Assembly (NCBI GenBank): GCA_029858565.1
Contig: JAOUEV010000003.1
Coordinates: 64,001 to 128,000, forward strand
Source: Nitrospirota bacterium
GTDB taxonomy: Bacteria; Nitrospirota; UBA9217
Reading direction: 5' to 3'
Length of the DNA stretch: 64,000 nt
Shown here: piece by piece, positions 50,077 through 59,965 of the stretch
How positions within the stretch are numbered: position 1 is the stretch's first letter
Layout: the number at the start of each line of letters is the position of its first letter
Position numbers and translations under genes: made by a program
Notes under the pieces: generated by a model
The model's database searches: none
Seen by the model: the letters and a program-made list of their open reading frames with translations, nothing else
What the model was told of the DNA's origin: nothing

Positions 50077-50892
50077 GTGATCATTTTGAATACTTGTCGA
50101 AAGACAGCTTATCTTGGTTGCCTGATCGCATTGCTCTCCGCTTGCGGCACCATGCAGAACGGCCGGGGCTGGGGCCAGGATGCGACCCTCACGCCGGGAT
50201 GGGACCGTGTGGGCAGGGCCGCGCTGAACGCCATGGCCGCACCCGAGACCTGGGCGCCTGCCGCGGGTGCCGCGGCATTTCAGATAGGCCACGCTGACCA
50301 GCGGGTGTCTGACCGGGCAATGAGGAGCAATCCGGTATACGGCTCCCGCCATACCGCCGACCGCGTGAGCGACCAGCTGCTGTATGCCAGCGGAGCGGTC
50401 TGGGTCATTTCCGGGGCAGCGGCGCCGAGCGGAGAGGGGGCGGGCGAATGGACCCTGAACAAGATCAAAGGATTCACCATCGAGGCCGGCGGCGGGCTTG
50501 CGGCACTGGGCCTGGTCGAGATCACGAAAAAGGGAACGGACCGGGAACGGCCGGACCATACCGACCGGGAAAGCTTTCCCTCGGGCCATGCAGCGGGCGC
50601 ATCCTACTTTCTCACCCTGTCGTCGCGCCATGTTGACACCTTTGGGTGGTCGCCCGCTGCGGTGACCGCGAGCCGCATCGGTCTCGGCACGATCACGGCT
50701 GCGACCGCCTGGGCACGCGTCGAGGCAGGCCAGCATTACCCGTCAGATGTGCTGGCCGGGATCGCCGTAGGTCATTTTTTCGGAGCTTTTGTGACCGACG
50801 CGTTCATCGGGGCTGATAATCCCCTGAATGCCCTGGTCCTGTTTGAACCGGCAAAAGGCGGAGGAGTGGCGATGGTGCGGTTCGATTTCTGA
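50077..50892 (+). CDS. PAP2 family phosphatase, probable lipoprotein
   Basis: LSAC lipobox; K....R.RP, SFPSGH, RV...HYPSDV. Confidence 0.85.
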   Translation: MIILNTCRKTAYLGCLIALLSACGTMQNGRGWGQDATLTPGWDRVGRAALNAMAAPETWAPAAGAAAFQIGHADQRVSDRAMRSNPVYGSRHTADRVSDQLLYASGAVWVISGAAAPSGEGAGEWTLNKIKGFTIEAGGGLAALGLVEITKKGTDRERPDHTDRESFPSGHAAGASYFLTLSSRHVDTFGWSPAAVTASRIGLGTITAATAWARVEAGQHYPSDVLAGIAVGHFFGAFVTDAFIGADNPLNALVLFEPAKGGGVAMVRFDF

Positions 50893-50917
50893 TACAATCG
50901 AAATCAAAAGGCATGTG

Positions 50918-51012
50918 TCGCGCAGTGGCGCAGAGTACGCAGGGAAGTCTAGGTCCCGGGACTGAATTTCGGTTTCAAGAACTCCTCTGCGCCTCAGCGC
51001 CTCTGCGCGAGA
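50918..51012. repeat. 9-nt-period inverted-repeat element
   Basis: tcgcgcagtggcgcagagtacgcaggg ... ctctgcgcctcagcgcctctgcgcgaga. Confidence 0.75.
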
Positions 51013-51055
51013 TAAGTCGCTTATCTGCCTTGCCTTTGAAAAAGGAGCTCCCTTC

Positions 51056-52243
51056 ATGGTAACCCTTGCAGATATCCAGCAGGCCCGGGAAAAGATCTCA
51101 CCCTACATCCACCGAACGCCCCTGATCCGGTCCAACTCCCTGAGCACGATGACCGGCGCTGACGTCCATTTGAAGCTTGAGAACCTCCAGAAGACCGGGT
51201 CCTTCAAGGTCCGGGGCGCATTCAATAAACTGCTCCGCGTTCCTGAAGGCCGGGTGATCGCGGCATCCATGGGCAACCATGCCCAGGCGGTCGCCTATGC
51301 AGCCGCGTCCCTGGGAAAACGCAGCGTGATCGTGATGCCTGAGAGTGCCGCCATTGTGAAGCAGGAGGCTACGCGGGGATATGGAGCGGAGGTCGTGCTG
51401 AAGGGGGAGCGGTTCCAGGAAGCGCTCGATCTCGCCCGTTCGCGGACCGATGCGGTCTTTATTCATCCCTTTGATGATGACGACGTGATCGCAGGCCAGG
51501 GTACCATCGGAATCGAAATCCTCGAAGACCTGCAGAACATCGATGCGGTGCTTGTGCCGGTCGGCGGCGGCGGTCTGATCGCGGGCATCGCAGCGGCAGT
51601 CAAGGCCCGTTCACCGCGCACCCAGGTCGTCGGCATCCAGACCGAGTCCGCGACCTCCGCGTGCCGTTCGTTCCGGGGAAAGCGTCTGTGCGAGCACGTG
51701 CCGGGAAACACGATCGCCGACGGCATCGCCGTGGGCCTGGTGGGAGAGCGGACCCTGGAGGTGATCACGGCCCAGGTGGACGATATGGTGACCGTGACCG
51801 AGGACGCCATAGCGCGGGCGATCCTGCTCTTCCTGGAGCGCAAGAAGCTCGTGGTCGAGGGTGCGGGCGCGGTGACGCTCGCGGCGCTCCTGGAGCATGG
51901 TGACCGGTTCCGCGGAAAGCGGGTGGTCCTGGTGCTGAGCGGCGGGAACATCGATTTCACGCTCGTGGACAGGATCATCCTGAAGGGCCTTGTATCGAGC
52001 AACAGGATCAGCGTGTTCAGCATGGTCCTCGACGACGTTGCGGGCAGCCTGCACCGGGCCACGGGCCTCATCGCGGAAGCCCGTGCGAACATCGTTGATG
52101 TGGTCCATGACCGTCTTGCCGGAGGCGTCCCTGTGGGCAAGACACGTGTGCTGTTCACGGTAGAGGTCCGGAACAGCGGCCACCTGTCGGACCTCTTTGC
52201 GCTGCTGCGCGCACAGGGGCTCTCGGTAAGCGCTGATACCTGA
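51056..52243 (+). CDS. ilvA: Threonine ammonia-lyase with C-terminal ACT domain
   Basis: ENLQKTGSFKVRG, GNHAQ, VGGGGL, SGGNID. Confidence 0.9.
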   Translation: MVTLADIQQAREKISPYIHRTPLIRSNSLSTMTGADVHLKLENLQKTGSFKVRGAFNKLLRVPEGRVIAASMGNHAQAVAYAAASLGKRSVIVMPESAAIVKQEATRGYGAEVVLKGERFQEALDLARSRTDAVFIHPFDDDDVIAGQGTIGIEILEDLQNIDAVLVPVGGGGLIAGIAAAVKARSPRTQVVGIQTESATSACRSFRGKRLCEHVPGNTIADGIAVGLVGERTLEVITAQVDDMVTVTEDAIARAILLFLERKKLVVEGAGAVTLAALLEHGDRFRGKRVVLVLSGGNIDFTLVDRIILKGLVSSNRISVFSMVLDDVAGSLHRATGLIAEARANIVDVVHDRLAGGVPVGKTRVLFTVEVRNSGHLSDLFALLRAQGLSVSADT

Positions 52244-52301
52244 CCGCCGGGAACACAAGAGACCTCTTCTTTTTCCCCGGCTGCTGTGCTATTATGCGAC
52301 C

Positions 52302-53759
52302 GTGAACGAACAACCGGCCATCTTCCGCAGATCAGAACATTCCCTTTCCCGCTCGTGGATCAGTCCCAATGCCCTCCGTGTTCTCTACCGGCTCAAGGAA
52401 AGCGGGCATTATTCCTATCTTGTCGGCGGCGGTGTGCGCGACCTCCTTCTGGGCCGCGAGCCCAAGGACTTCGATATCGCGACCGACGCCCGTCCGAACG
52501 AGATCAAGAAGATATTCCGGAACTGCCGGCTTATCGGCCGCCGGTTCCGGCTCGCGCACATCCATTTCCATGACGAGATCATCGAGGTGGCGACCTTCCG
52601 GTCCAATGCGCCGGAACCGGAACCGGAAGCAGCGATGCCTGCGTCTTCGGCTGAGAGCGTGGCTGCGGAGGCGGCACCTGAAGCAGAGACCTCCGTACCT
52701 TCGACCGATATGCAGGGTCCTGAGTCTCCGCCGCCGGCTCCCGAAGCTCCGGTCGAGCGTCCCCGGCCCCCCCGGCACCTGAAAAACGAGGACGGGATGA
52801 TCCTCCGGGACAACCTGTTCGGCACACCGGGAGAGGACGCGCTCCGCAGGGACTTTACGGTCAATGCCCTGTTCTACAATATCGCGGACTTCAGCGTCAT
52901 TGACTACGTCGGCGGCATGGACGATCTCAAGAAGGGGCTTATCCGCATTATCGGCGACCCGAGAGTGCGTTTCACCGAGGACCCGGTCCGCATGGTGCGG
53001 GCGGTGCGATTCGCGGCAATGCTGGGATTCGAGATCGAGGACGAGACCTATTCCGCGCTGCTGGAGCTCCGGGACAAGGTCGCGCTGGCGTCGAATGCCC
53101 GGATGTACGAGGAGATACAAAAGCTCTTCCTGCTCGGTGAAGGCGAGAAAGTGTTCCAGCTGCTCCGGAAGACCGGGCTCTTCGGCGTCATCTTTCCCCA
53201 TATCGATGCATGGCTCAATACCGAGGACAAAGGCTATCCCCGCACCTCTGTGGGCAAGGCGCTGGAATGGGTCGATGCGTGCGTGCAAACAGGGCGGAAA
53301 ATACAGCCCCATATGCTTTTCGGCCTCATGTTCGGCCAGTATGTTGAAGAGAAATGGGGACGACTGGCGAAGTCCGGGATGATCCCGCTCGAGGCACTTG
53401 ACCTGGCCGTTGCCGAGTTCCTTGCTGAGCAGGTCCCGAGGGTCCAGATACCGCGCAAGGTGGCGTTGGCGATCAGGGACATGCTCTGGAACCAGGGCAG
53501 GTTCGAAAAGACCCGCGGCAAGACCCCGCTTTATTTTCTCAGGAGGCCGGGATTTCAGGACGCTTTTGAATATCTCCGGTTCACCAGCGAGCTGTCCGGC
53601 GAACGGATGGAGCTCCGGATGTGGTGGAAGGAGTTCATCAGGACGAACGCATCCATCCCGGTTCCGGGTGCGGGTCCGCAGGCGATCCCGCCGCGTGAAT
53701 CGCGGCCGCCGCGGCGTCGCAGACGGAGAAAACGGCCGGGAAGGGACATTGTTAAGTGA
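52302..53759 (+). CDS. pcnB: Poly(A) polymerase I
   Basis: LVGGGVRD, KDFD, LIGRRFRLAH signature, RRDFTVNA, EDPVRM, Arg-rich tail. Confidence 0.93.
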   Translation: MNEQPAIFRRSEHSLSRSWISPNALRVLYRLKESGHYSYLVGGGVRDLLLGREPKDFDIATDARPNEIKKIFRNCRLIGRRFRLAHIHFHDEIIEVATFRSNAPEPEPEAAMPASSAESVAAEAAPEAETSVPSTDMQGPESPPPAPEAPVERPRPPRHLKNEDGMILRDNLFGTPGEDALRRDFTVNALFYNIADFSVIDYVGGMDDLKKGLIRIIGDPRVRFTEDPVRMVRAVRFAAMLGFEIEDETYSALLELRDKVALASNARMYEEIQKLFLLGEGEKVFQLLRKTGLFGVIFPHIDAWLNTEDKGYPRTSVGKALEWVDACVQTGRKIQPHMLFGLMFGQYVEEKWGRLAKSGMIPLEALDLAVAEFLAEQVPRVQIPRKVALAIRDMLWNQGRFEKTRGKTPLYFLRRPGFQDAFEYLRFTSELSGERMELRMWWKEFIRTNASIPVPGAGPQAIPPRESRPPRRRRRRKRPGRDIVK

Positions 53760-53877
53760 GCGTCCGGTTCATGTTGCCCGAATCACGTGGTGGTGGTTGC
53801 GGAAGATCGAACATTTAGTATGGGCGATCCTTGATTAATCAAATGGTTGCGGCAGAATAAATATTTTTCTCTTTCCC

Positions 53878-53905
53878 TTGACGTCCTGCCTTTTTGCGCT
53901 ATACT
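53878..53905 (+). promoter_or_regulatory. Sigma70 promoter upstream of the putative ncRNA
   Basis: TTGACG-16-TATACT with no convincing downstream CDS. Confidence 0.6.
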
Positions 53906-53942
53906 CAGAACATTAGAACCAACCACGTTATCTCAAAGAGAT

Positions 53943-54097
53943 TACCTTGGGTTTTGGGGCAGAGGTAACAAGTTTATAGAAGCCTGGATGCACGGTGCGG
54001 TGTGCACGCCCTCAGCGAGCAGCAGAGAGGGAAGCCTGAAACACCTGCCAAGGCAATGAAACTGACCCAGCCTCTCCGATGCACAAGACCCAAGGTA
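53943..54097 (+). ncRNA. 6S RNA-like structured RNA
   Basis: 14-bp closing stem taccttgggttttg / caagacccaaggta; internal gcggtgtgcacgccc...gggaagcctgaaacacc resembles the 6S terminal arm. Confidence 0.55.
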
Positions 54098-54294
54098 CGC
54101 TTTTCCCTCCAGTAACCTTTCTGTTCATTTCCCCTGAGAAGCGCGATCGTCATGGTATTGCAATTGCTGCTGTTCCGGGCCGCGTTATGTGGCTTTCTGC
54201 CGGCTTTTGCATCTCTTGACCGGGAAAGCCGTTCTTGTGAGGCAGGGGGATATGGCAGAACCGCGGGCAAGATCTTACGAATCTTCGAACACTG

Positions 54295-55584
54295 CTATTC
54301 GCTCCGCACCATCTCTGCCACGCATTCTATGTGGTAGGTCCAGGGGAACATGTCAACCGGCTGGAGGCGGTCCAGGCGGTATCCGAAGAGGTGAAGGAAT
54401 TTCAGGTCCCGGGCCAGTGTCGAGGGATTGCAGGATACATAAACGATCTTTTTCGGCAGAAGCGCCAGGATGCGCTCAAGGGTCGTGAGCGTGGCGCCGG
54501 CGCGCGGCGGATCGAGCACGATCACCTGCGGACGGAGCTTTCGCTCGATCAGCGGCTTCAGGCCCTTCTGCAGGTCGTCGGCGATGAATTCCGTGTTGTT
54601 GAGTCCGTTCAGTGTCGCGTTGCTCCGCGCATCATCGATAGAGGAGAACCCCGACTCGATGCCGATCGCGCTTTTTGCCCTTTTTGCCAGCGGGAGGGTG
54701 AAATTGCCGATGCCGCAATAGAGATCGAGCACCGTTTCCCTTCCGCTGAGGTCCGCAAAATCCAGCACGGTCCTGAGCATGTTCTTGTTCTGGTCCCAAT
54801 TCACCTGAAAGAAGTTGCCTTCCGTGGCATGCAACGTCATGCCGTCAACGTCGAGCGAAAGTCTGTTCCTGCCGAGCGAAAAGGCCCTTTTCTTCCGTGC
54901 AAAACCGGTGATGCCGATGACCTGGGGGAGCAGATCCTTGAGTTTTGCAAAGAAACTCTCTGCCGGGCGGAAGCTGTCGCCTTCGCTAAAGAGCAGAAGA
55001 TGGACTTCTCCTGCCGGACTCGCGTTCACATGCATCTCCGCGAGCGGGGGCAGCGATTCAGCGATCTTCCGGACAGCGTCAAGCGTGCTGTTGATCAGCG
55101 GATGGAGCAGAAAGCCGTTCTCGACCTCCACGAGGTCATAGGAACCCTGGCGAAAGAATCCGAACCGCTGGGTCCCGTCCTTCATCCTGGCGGTGAACTG
55201 GGTGCGGAGCCGGTAATGGTCCTTATGGGGCGACGAAAGGATGGGAAGGGTGCGCATCGCATGAAGTCCGGCGCTTCGCGCGATGGTCTCGAGCAGGATC
55301 TCCTGCTTCAGCCGGAGCTGGGCAGGGTAGGAAATAAATGGCCAGGTGGCGCCGGTGCACTGCTTCTCTCCGCCGCAGGGCGGATCGACGCGGTCCGGGG
55401 ACGGTTCAAGGACCTCGAGCGGTTTTGCCGCAAAAATGCCTTTTCGTTTGCTGACCACGGCGATCCGGACAAGCTCGCCGGGCAATACGCCGGAGACGAA
55501 GACAGCCTTGCCGTTCTCCAGGTGCGCGAGGCCTTCTCCCCCATGGACCAGCTTTTCGATGCGGACGCGGGCGGATTCGATCAT
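54295..55584 (-). CDS. rlmD: 23S rRNA m5U1939 methyltransferase (RlmD/RumA family)
   Basis: TRAM-like N-terminus, FFQVN, DLYCGIG, DPPRAG, YVSCNP.TLARD, DMFP.T.HIE. Confidence 0.88.
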   Translation of the reverse strand: MIESARVRIEKLVHGGEGLAHLENGKAVFVSGVLPGELVRIAVVSKRKGIFAAKPLEVLEPSPDRVDPPCGGEKQCTGATWPFISYPAQLRLKQEILLETIARSAGLHAMRTLPILSSPHKDHYRLRTQFTARMKDGTQRFGFFRQGSYDLVEVENGFLLHPLINSTLDAVRKIAESLPPLAEMHVNASPAGEVHLLLFSEGDSFRPAESFFAKLKDLLPQVIGITGFARKKRAFSLGRNRLSLDVDGMTLHATEGNFFQVNWDQNKNMLRTVLDFADLSGRETVLDLYCGIGNFTLPLAKRAKSAIGIESGFSSIDDARSNATLNGLNNTEFIADDLQKGLKPLIERKLRPQVIVLDPPRAGATLTTLERILALLPKKIVYVSCNPSTLARDLKFLHLFGYRLDRLQPVDMFPWTYHIECVAEMVRSE

Positions 55585-55931
55585 CCGAGGATCTTCTTGA
55601 TCGTATCCCGGAGGGATGCGAAATCGGCTGATTTGACGATATAGGCTTCTGAGCACCAGCTGCCGAAATCGTTCTTGTACTCCTCGTATGCTGACGAAAT
55701 AATGACCGGCAGAGCGTTGTCCTTTTCCTTCATTTTGCGCAGGGTCTCGATGCCGTCCATGCCTTTCATGCGCATGTCGAGCGTCACCAGGTCGAACCGG
55801 GATCCTTCCATGGCGGCAAGGGCCGAGGCCCCGTCCAGGGCGGTGGTGACCGAATACCCCATGTCTTCCAGCTCTTCCTTGTAGAGCATGCAGATATTCT
55901 CTTCATCATCAACGACCAGGATCTTTTTCAT
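55581..55931 (-). CDS. Single-domain response regulator
   Basis: LVVDDE, LDMRM, SAY, K; AGGAGG RBS. Confidence 0.9.
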   Translation of the reverse strand: MKKILVVDDEENICMLYKEELEDMGYSVTTALDGASALAAMEGSRFDLVTLDMRMKGMDGIETLRKMKEKDNALPVIISSAYEEYKNDFGSWCSEAYIVKSADFASLRDTIKKILG

Positions 55932-56058
55932 ACGCAGACCTCCTGTTCCAAATCTAGTATAGCACAGAGCATCCCGTCCGGAAAGGGAATAGGCGAAAAC
56001 GTTCTGCGCACAGCACGCTGTCAGGCAGACGGCCGTCCGGTTCGCTGATCGCCTGGGA

Positions 56059-58434
56059 TCATGCGTTCGGCCACGGAAACCGGATAGTGAAGAGGGCCCC
56101 TGCTCTTTCCTTGTTCCGGCAAAGAATGGTGCCGCGATGGGCCCGCACGATGCGGTGGGTGATCGGCAGGCCCAGTCCGGTGCCGTGCACCTTGGTCGTA
56201 TAGTAGGGATTGAACAGGTTCTGCATGGCTTCGGGAGTGATCCCGGGACCTGTGTCCCCGACCTCCAGGATGTTCTCCTTCCGATCGGGCAACATGGCGG
56301 TCCGCACTGTCAGTACGCCGTCCTTCTCCATTGCCTCCATGGCATTCGTGATCAGGTTCACGACCGCCTGTTTCATCTGGCGGGCGTCGAGGTCGATCTC
56401 GGGCATGTCCGGACCGAGCTCCCGCTCCAGACGGATCCCTCGCTGCCGCAGCTCGTCCTCGTAGACTGGCAAGACCTCTTCGAGGACGGCATTCAGGCCG
56501 CCCCGCGTCATCTGGGGGGCGGCATTCTTGATGTACGCGAGGTTGTCGTGGATGATGTCCTCGAGGCGGGCTGTTTCGCTCAGAATGATGTCGAGATACT
56601 TCTTCATGTCGGGATCGCTCACCTTGCGCAGAAGGCGGCGGGTGAACCCGCCGATGGATACCAGCGGATTTCTAATCTCGTGGGTGATCTCGGCCATCAT
56701 GGTGCCGAGGGCAGCCATTTTCTCAGACTGGGCAAGCTGTTCATGCATGATCCGTATGTCCTTGTTCATGGTCTCCATGTTGGAATGGATCATGGCATTG
56801 TCGATCGCCAGCGCAGCCTGCTGGGCGAACATGGTGAGGAATCGGATGTCGTTGTCCGTGATCGGCCTGGCGGTGAACATGTTGTCGACCAGGATCACGC
56901 CCAGGACCCGTCCCTTGGCAACGAGCGGGACCGTCGCGAAGCTGTTCACTTTGAGCAGGTCGCGGAGTTCCTGTTTGACCAGCGCATCGGTCGCGGCGTC
57001 GAGAACATTGAAAGCGCGTTTCTGCTGCACCGTGGTTGCCAGAACGCCGTCGGCAGGATGGAGATGCACGCGGATACTGCGTGCGACCGTGTTGATCTCG
57101 GTGTCCCGGGACTCGAAGAGCTCTCCGGTCTGAATCCACTCCATAAGGCTTTTATGCTTTCTCGCCACCTCGGTCCATGCCCTGCTGGCCTCGTCCCAGG
57201 AGGAGGGGCCGACACCCATCATGCCCTGGAGCACGTTGGTCCGCTCGTTTACCAGCAGCAGGATGGCCCGATTGAATCCCAGGCCGCTGCCGCCCATGGT
57301 CGCTGCGGTCAGGATGATCCGGAGCAGCCGGTCGAGGTTGAGGGTCGCGCTCATTGCCGTGCCGATATCGTAGAGGATCGAGAGCTCCTGTGCCCGGCTC
57401 CGCGACTCCATGGCGAGCCGCTCCGAGCGTTCGAACATGGCGGCATTCTCGACCGCGACCGCGGCCGAACTTGCGATGGTCGTGAGAAAACGGAGGTCGT
57501 CCTCGGAGAAATGCACGCCGTCGCGTTTGTTGAAGAGGGTGATGATCCCGGTGATCCGGTCGTGAAAGAAGAGAGGCACGCTCAGGACGGAGGACCGCGG
57601 TCCGCCGGAAGAGGCGGTGAGGTCATGCCGGCTGCCGGTGTCGCTGATCAAGAGAGCCTTTCTCTCCCGCATGACGAGATCGAAAAGCTGCATGCCAAAC
57701 GCCGCATCCAGGTCCCGCACCGGGTCCTCCACGAAGACCTTGGTCACTTCGATGCGGTCGGTCCTGCCCGAGGAAAGGTTCGTGAGACGGATCGTGCAGC
57801 CCTGGGCGGAAAGCGCGCGGGTCGCGCTCTTCGCGATCAAGGAAAGAAGCTGATCAAGATCAAGGATCGAGGTGAGCGCCATCCCGATCTCGTGGATGGT
57901 CGCCAGCTCCGAGAGCCGCGACTGGATGCTCTGGAAGAGCTGGGTGCTTCTGATGACCCCGCTGATCTGATTTGCCGTGGTCGTGAGGAGGGTGATCTCG
58001 GATCGGGTCGCGCTCCAGGGGGATGCTGAAAGAACGAACAGGACGCCGAGACACCGGTCACCATCCATGATCGGCGCGGCGACCAGGGATTTGAACCGCT
58101 CGATGCCGGTCTCGGGGACATACTGGAACCGCGGATCGGTGAAAGGATCGGCGAGCGCGAGCGGGACCTTCTGCTGGGCGACCCAGCCCGCGATGCCCAT
58201 GCCCAGCGGGAACGTGAGCTTGCCCACGGTCTCCTGGTTCAGTCCCAGGGCCGCTGTGAGCGTGACCGTTGTTCCCTCGGGATCAAGCAAAAACACCGAC
58301 GCGCCGTTACGGCCCATGCCCCGCATGACCACGTCGAGGATGCGCGACAGCTTGTCCGTCAGGTCCGCCGAGGAGGTCGATATCCTGCCGATCTCGCTCA
58401 GGATGCTCAGTTCTGTACGTTCGACGGGCTCCAT
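56059..58434 (-). CDS. Cytoplasmic multi-GAF histidine kinase
   Basis: Three GAF-like repeats, HEIRNPL, NLITNA, DTGPG, GTGLGL. Confidence 0.9.
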   Translation of the reverse strand: MEPVERTELSILSEIGRISTSSADLTDKLSRILDVVMRGMGRNGASVFLLDPEGTTVTLTAALGLNQETVGKLTFPLGMGIAGWVAQQKVPLALADPFTDPRFQYVPETGIERFKSLVAAPIMDGDRCLGVLFVLSASPWSATRSEITLLTTTANQISGVIRSTQLFQSIQSRLSELATIHEIGMALTSILDLDQLLSLIAKSATRALSAQGCTIRLTNLSSGRTDRIEVTKVFVEDPVRDLDAAFGMQLFDLVMRERKALLISDTGSRHDLTASSGGPRSSVLSVPLFFHDRITGIITLFNKRDGVHFSEDDLRFLTTIASSAAVAVENAAMFERSERLAMESRSRAQELSILYDIGTAMSATLNLDRLLRIILTAATMGGSGLGFNRAILLLVNERTNVLQGMMGVGPSSWDEASRAWTEVARKHKSLMEWIQTGELFESRDTEINTVARSIRVHLHPADGVLATTVQQKRAFNVLDAATDALVKQELRDLLKVNSFATVPLVAKGRVLGVILVDNMFTARPITDNDIRFLTMFAQQAALAIDNAMIHSNMETMNKDIRIMHEQLAQSEKMAALGTMMAEITHEIRNPLVSIGGFTRRLLRKVSDPDMKKYLDIILSETARLEDIIHDNLAYIKNAAPQMTRGGLNAVLEEVLPVYEDELRQRGIRLERELGPDMPEIDLDARQMKQAVVNLITNAMEAMEKDGVLTVRTAMLPDRKENILEVGDTGPGITPEAMQNLFNPYYTTKVHGTGLGLPITHRIVRAHRGTILCRNKERAGALFTIRFPWPNA

Positions 58435-58513
58435 AGGGAATCCAATGATTAAGTGGTAGAGTGGTAAGTGATAAAGCGGTCAAAGGACGGGCTGGTTATT
58501 GTCTGCCGTTCGC

Positions 58514-59965
58514 TTACCGCTTGTGTTTTTCTATTGCTGCTTTATACACGTTCACGTATTCCTGCGCTGAATGCTTCCAGGAAAAGTCCACACCCATGCC
58601 GTTCTTAACAAGTCTGGCCCATTGGGCCGGCTTCCGGTGGACAAGCACTGCCTTGCGCAGGCTTGCAGCGAGCGCTGGAGCCGAGTAGTCATCGAACAGG
58701 AACCCGGTCCCGGTTCCCTTGCGGGGATTGAACTGCGCCACCGTGTCCGCCAGTCCGCCGGTTCGCCGCACGACCGGTACGGCGCCGTACCGCAAGGCGT
58801 GCATCTGGCCGAGGCCGCAGGGTTCGTATCGGGAAGGCATGAGAAAGATATCAGCGCCTGCGTATATCCTGCGCGCGAGCCCGTCATCGTACTTCAGCAT
58901 GACCCGCATCTGTTCAGGGTAGCGTCCGCACATATCCGCGAGCAGGCGGTGATAGCGTTCATCGCCGCTGCCAAGAATGACAAGCTGGATCCCCAGCGAC
59001 ATGATCTCCGGCAGCGCGTCGGTCAGGATGTCCAGCCCTTTCTGGTCCGAGAGCCGGGTGACCATGCCCGCGACAGGGACCTGCCCCTCCGGCAGGCCGA
59101 GCTCCGCGCGGAGCGCGGCAGTGCAGTGCTTTTTGCCCGCCGGGTGCTCCGCGCTGTAGTGCCTTGCAAGCGCCGGGTCGTGCAAGGGGGCCCATGCCGC
59201 CGTATCGATGCCGTTCACGATGCCGGTGAGTTCCGCGGACCTGCTGAGGAGCACGCCGTCGAGCCCATGTCCGTATTCGGGGGTCTGCACCTCCCGGCTG
59301 TAGGTGGGGCTTACCGTGGTGAGCGCGTCGGAATAGACCAAGCCCGCTTTCATGAGATTGATGTTGCCGAAATATTCGATGCCCTGGGGCGTGAACACAT
59401 CCCACCCGAGGCCGGTGAGCTTCATGTCCCAGTGCCAGAAGATTCCCTGATAGCCCAGGTTGTGGATGGTGAAGACCGTTGCCGCATGCCGAAGGAGTTC
59501 GTCCTGTCCGTGGAACAGGCGGCAGTAGAGCGGGACCAGTCCCGTCTGCCAGTCATTGCAATGGATGATATCGGGCGAGAATCCGACAGCACGGCAGACC
59601 TCGGGGACGGACCGTGAAAAGAAAATAAAGCGTTCGGCATTGTCCGGATAGTCGCCGCGCATGGTGCCGTACAGCTCCGGCCGGTCGTAATAAACATCCT
59701 TGTTGATGAAATAGGCCGTGACATTGCGGTCCAGCCTGCCTTCGAGCACGTCGCCGCGCTCCTTCCAGGAAGCGAGGGGGACCGTATAGGAAGCGACGGG
59801 ACGAAGGCCGTGTTCTTTCGGATTTATGCGGCGGTAGCGGGGAAGTACCACGCGGACATCGTGGCCAAGGTCCGCGAGCGCCCGGGGAAGGCTCCCTGCG
59901 ACATCCGCGAGGCCGCCGGTCTTGGCAAAAGGGGCGACCTCGGACGCAGCGAACAAAATCCTCAT
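58514..59965 (-). CDS. glgA: Glycogen synthase
   Basis: KTGGLADV, HCNDWQT, TIHNL, PSRYEPCGL; start at MRILF. Confidence 0.95.
   Translation of the reverse strand: MRILFAASEVAPFAKTGGLADVAGSLPRALADLGHDVRVVLPRYRRINPKEHGLRPVASYTVPLASWKERGDVLEGRLDRNVTAYFINKDVYYDRPELYGTMRGDYPDNAERFIFFSRSVPEVCRAVGFSPDIIHCNDWQTGLVPLYCRLFHGQDELLRHAATVFTIHNLGYQGIFWHWDMKLTGLGWDVFTPQGIEYFGNINLMKAGLVYSDALTTVSPTYSREVQTPEYGHGLDGVLLSRSAELTGIVNGIDTAAWAPLHDPALARHYSAEHPAGKKHCTAALRAELGLPEGQVPVAGMVTRLSDQKGLDILTDALPEIMSLGIQLVILGSGDERYHRLLADMCGRYPEQMRVMLKYDDGLARRIYAGADIFLMPSRYEPCGLGQMHALRYGAVPVVRRTGGLADTVAQFNPRKGTGTGFLFDDYSAPALAASLRKAVLVHRKPAQWARLVKNGMGVDFSWKHSAQEYVNVYKAAIEKHKR

Noticed and set aside
48028-51012. Recurrent repeats read as a CRISPR array
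   Set aside because: They are inverted, degenerate and separated by whole genes; no regular spacers and no cas genes.
56137-58029. 630-aa plus-strand ORF
   Set aside because: Shadow of the GAF histidine kinase.
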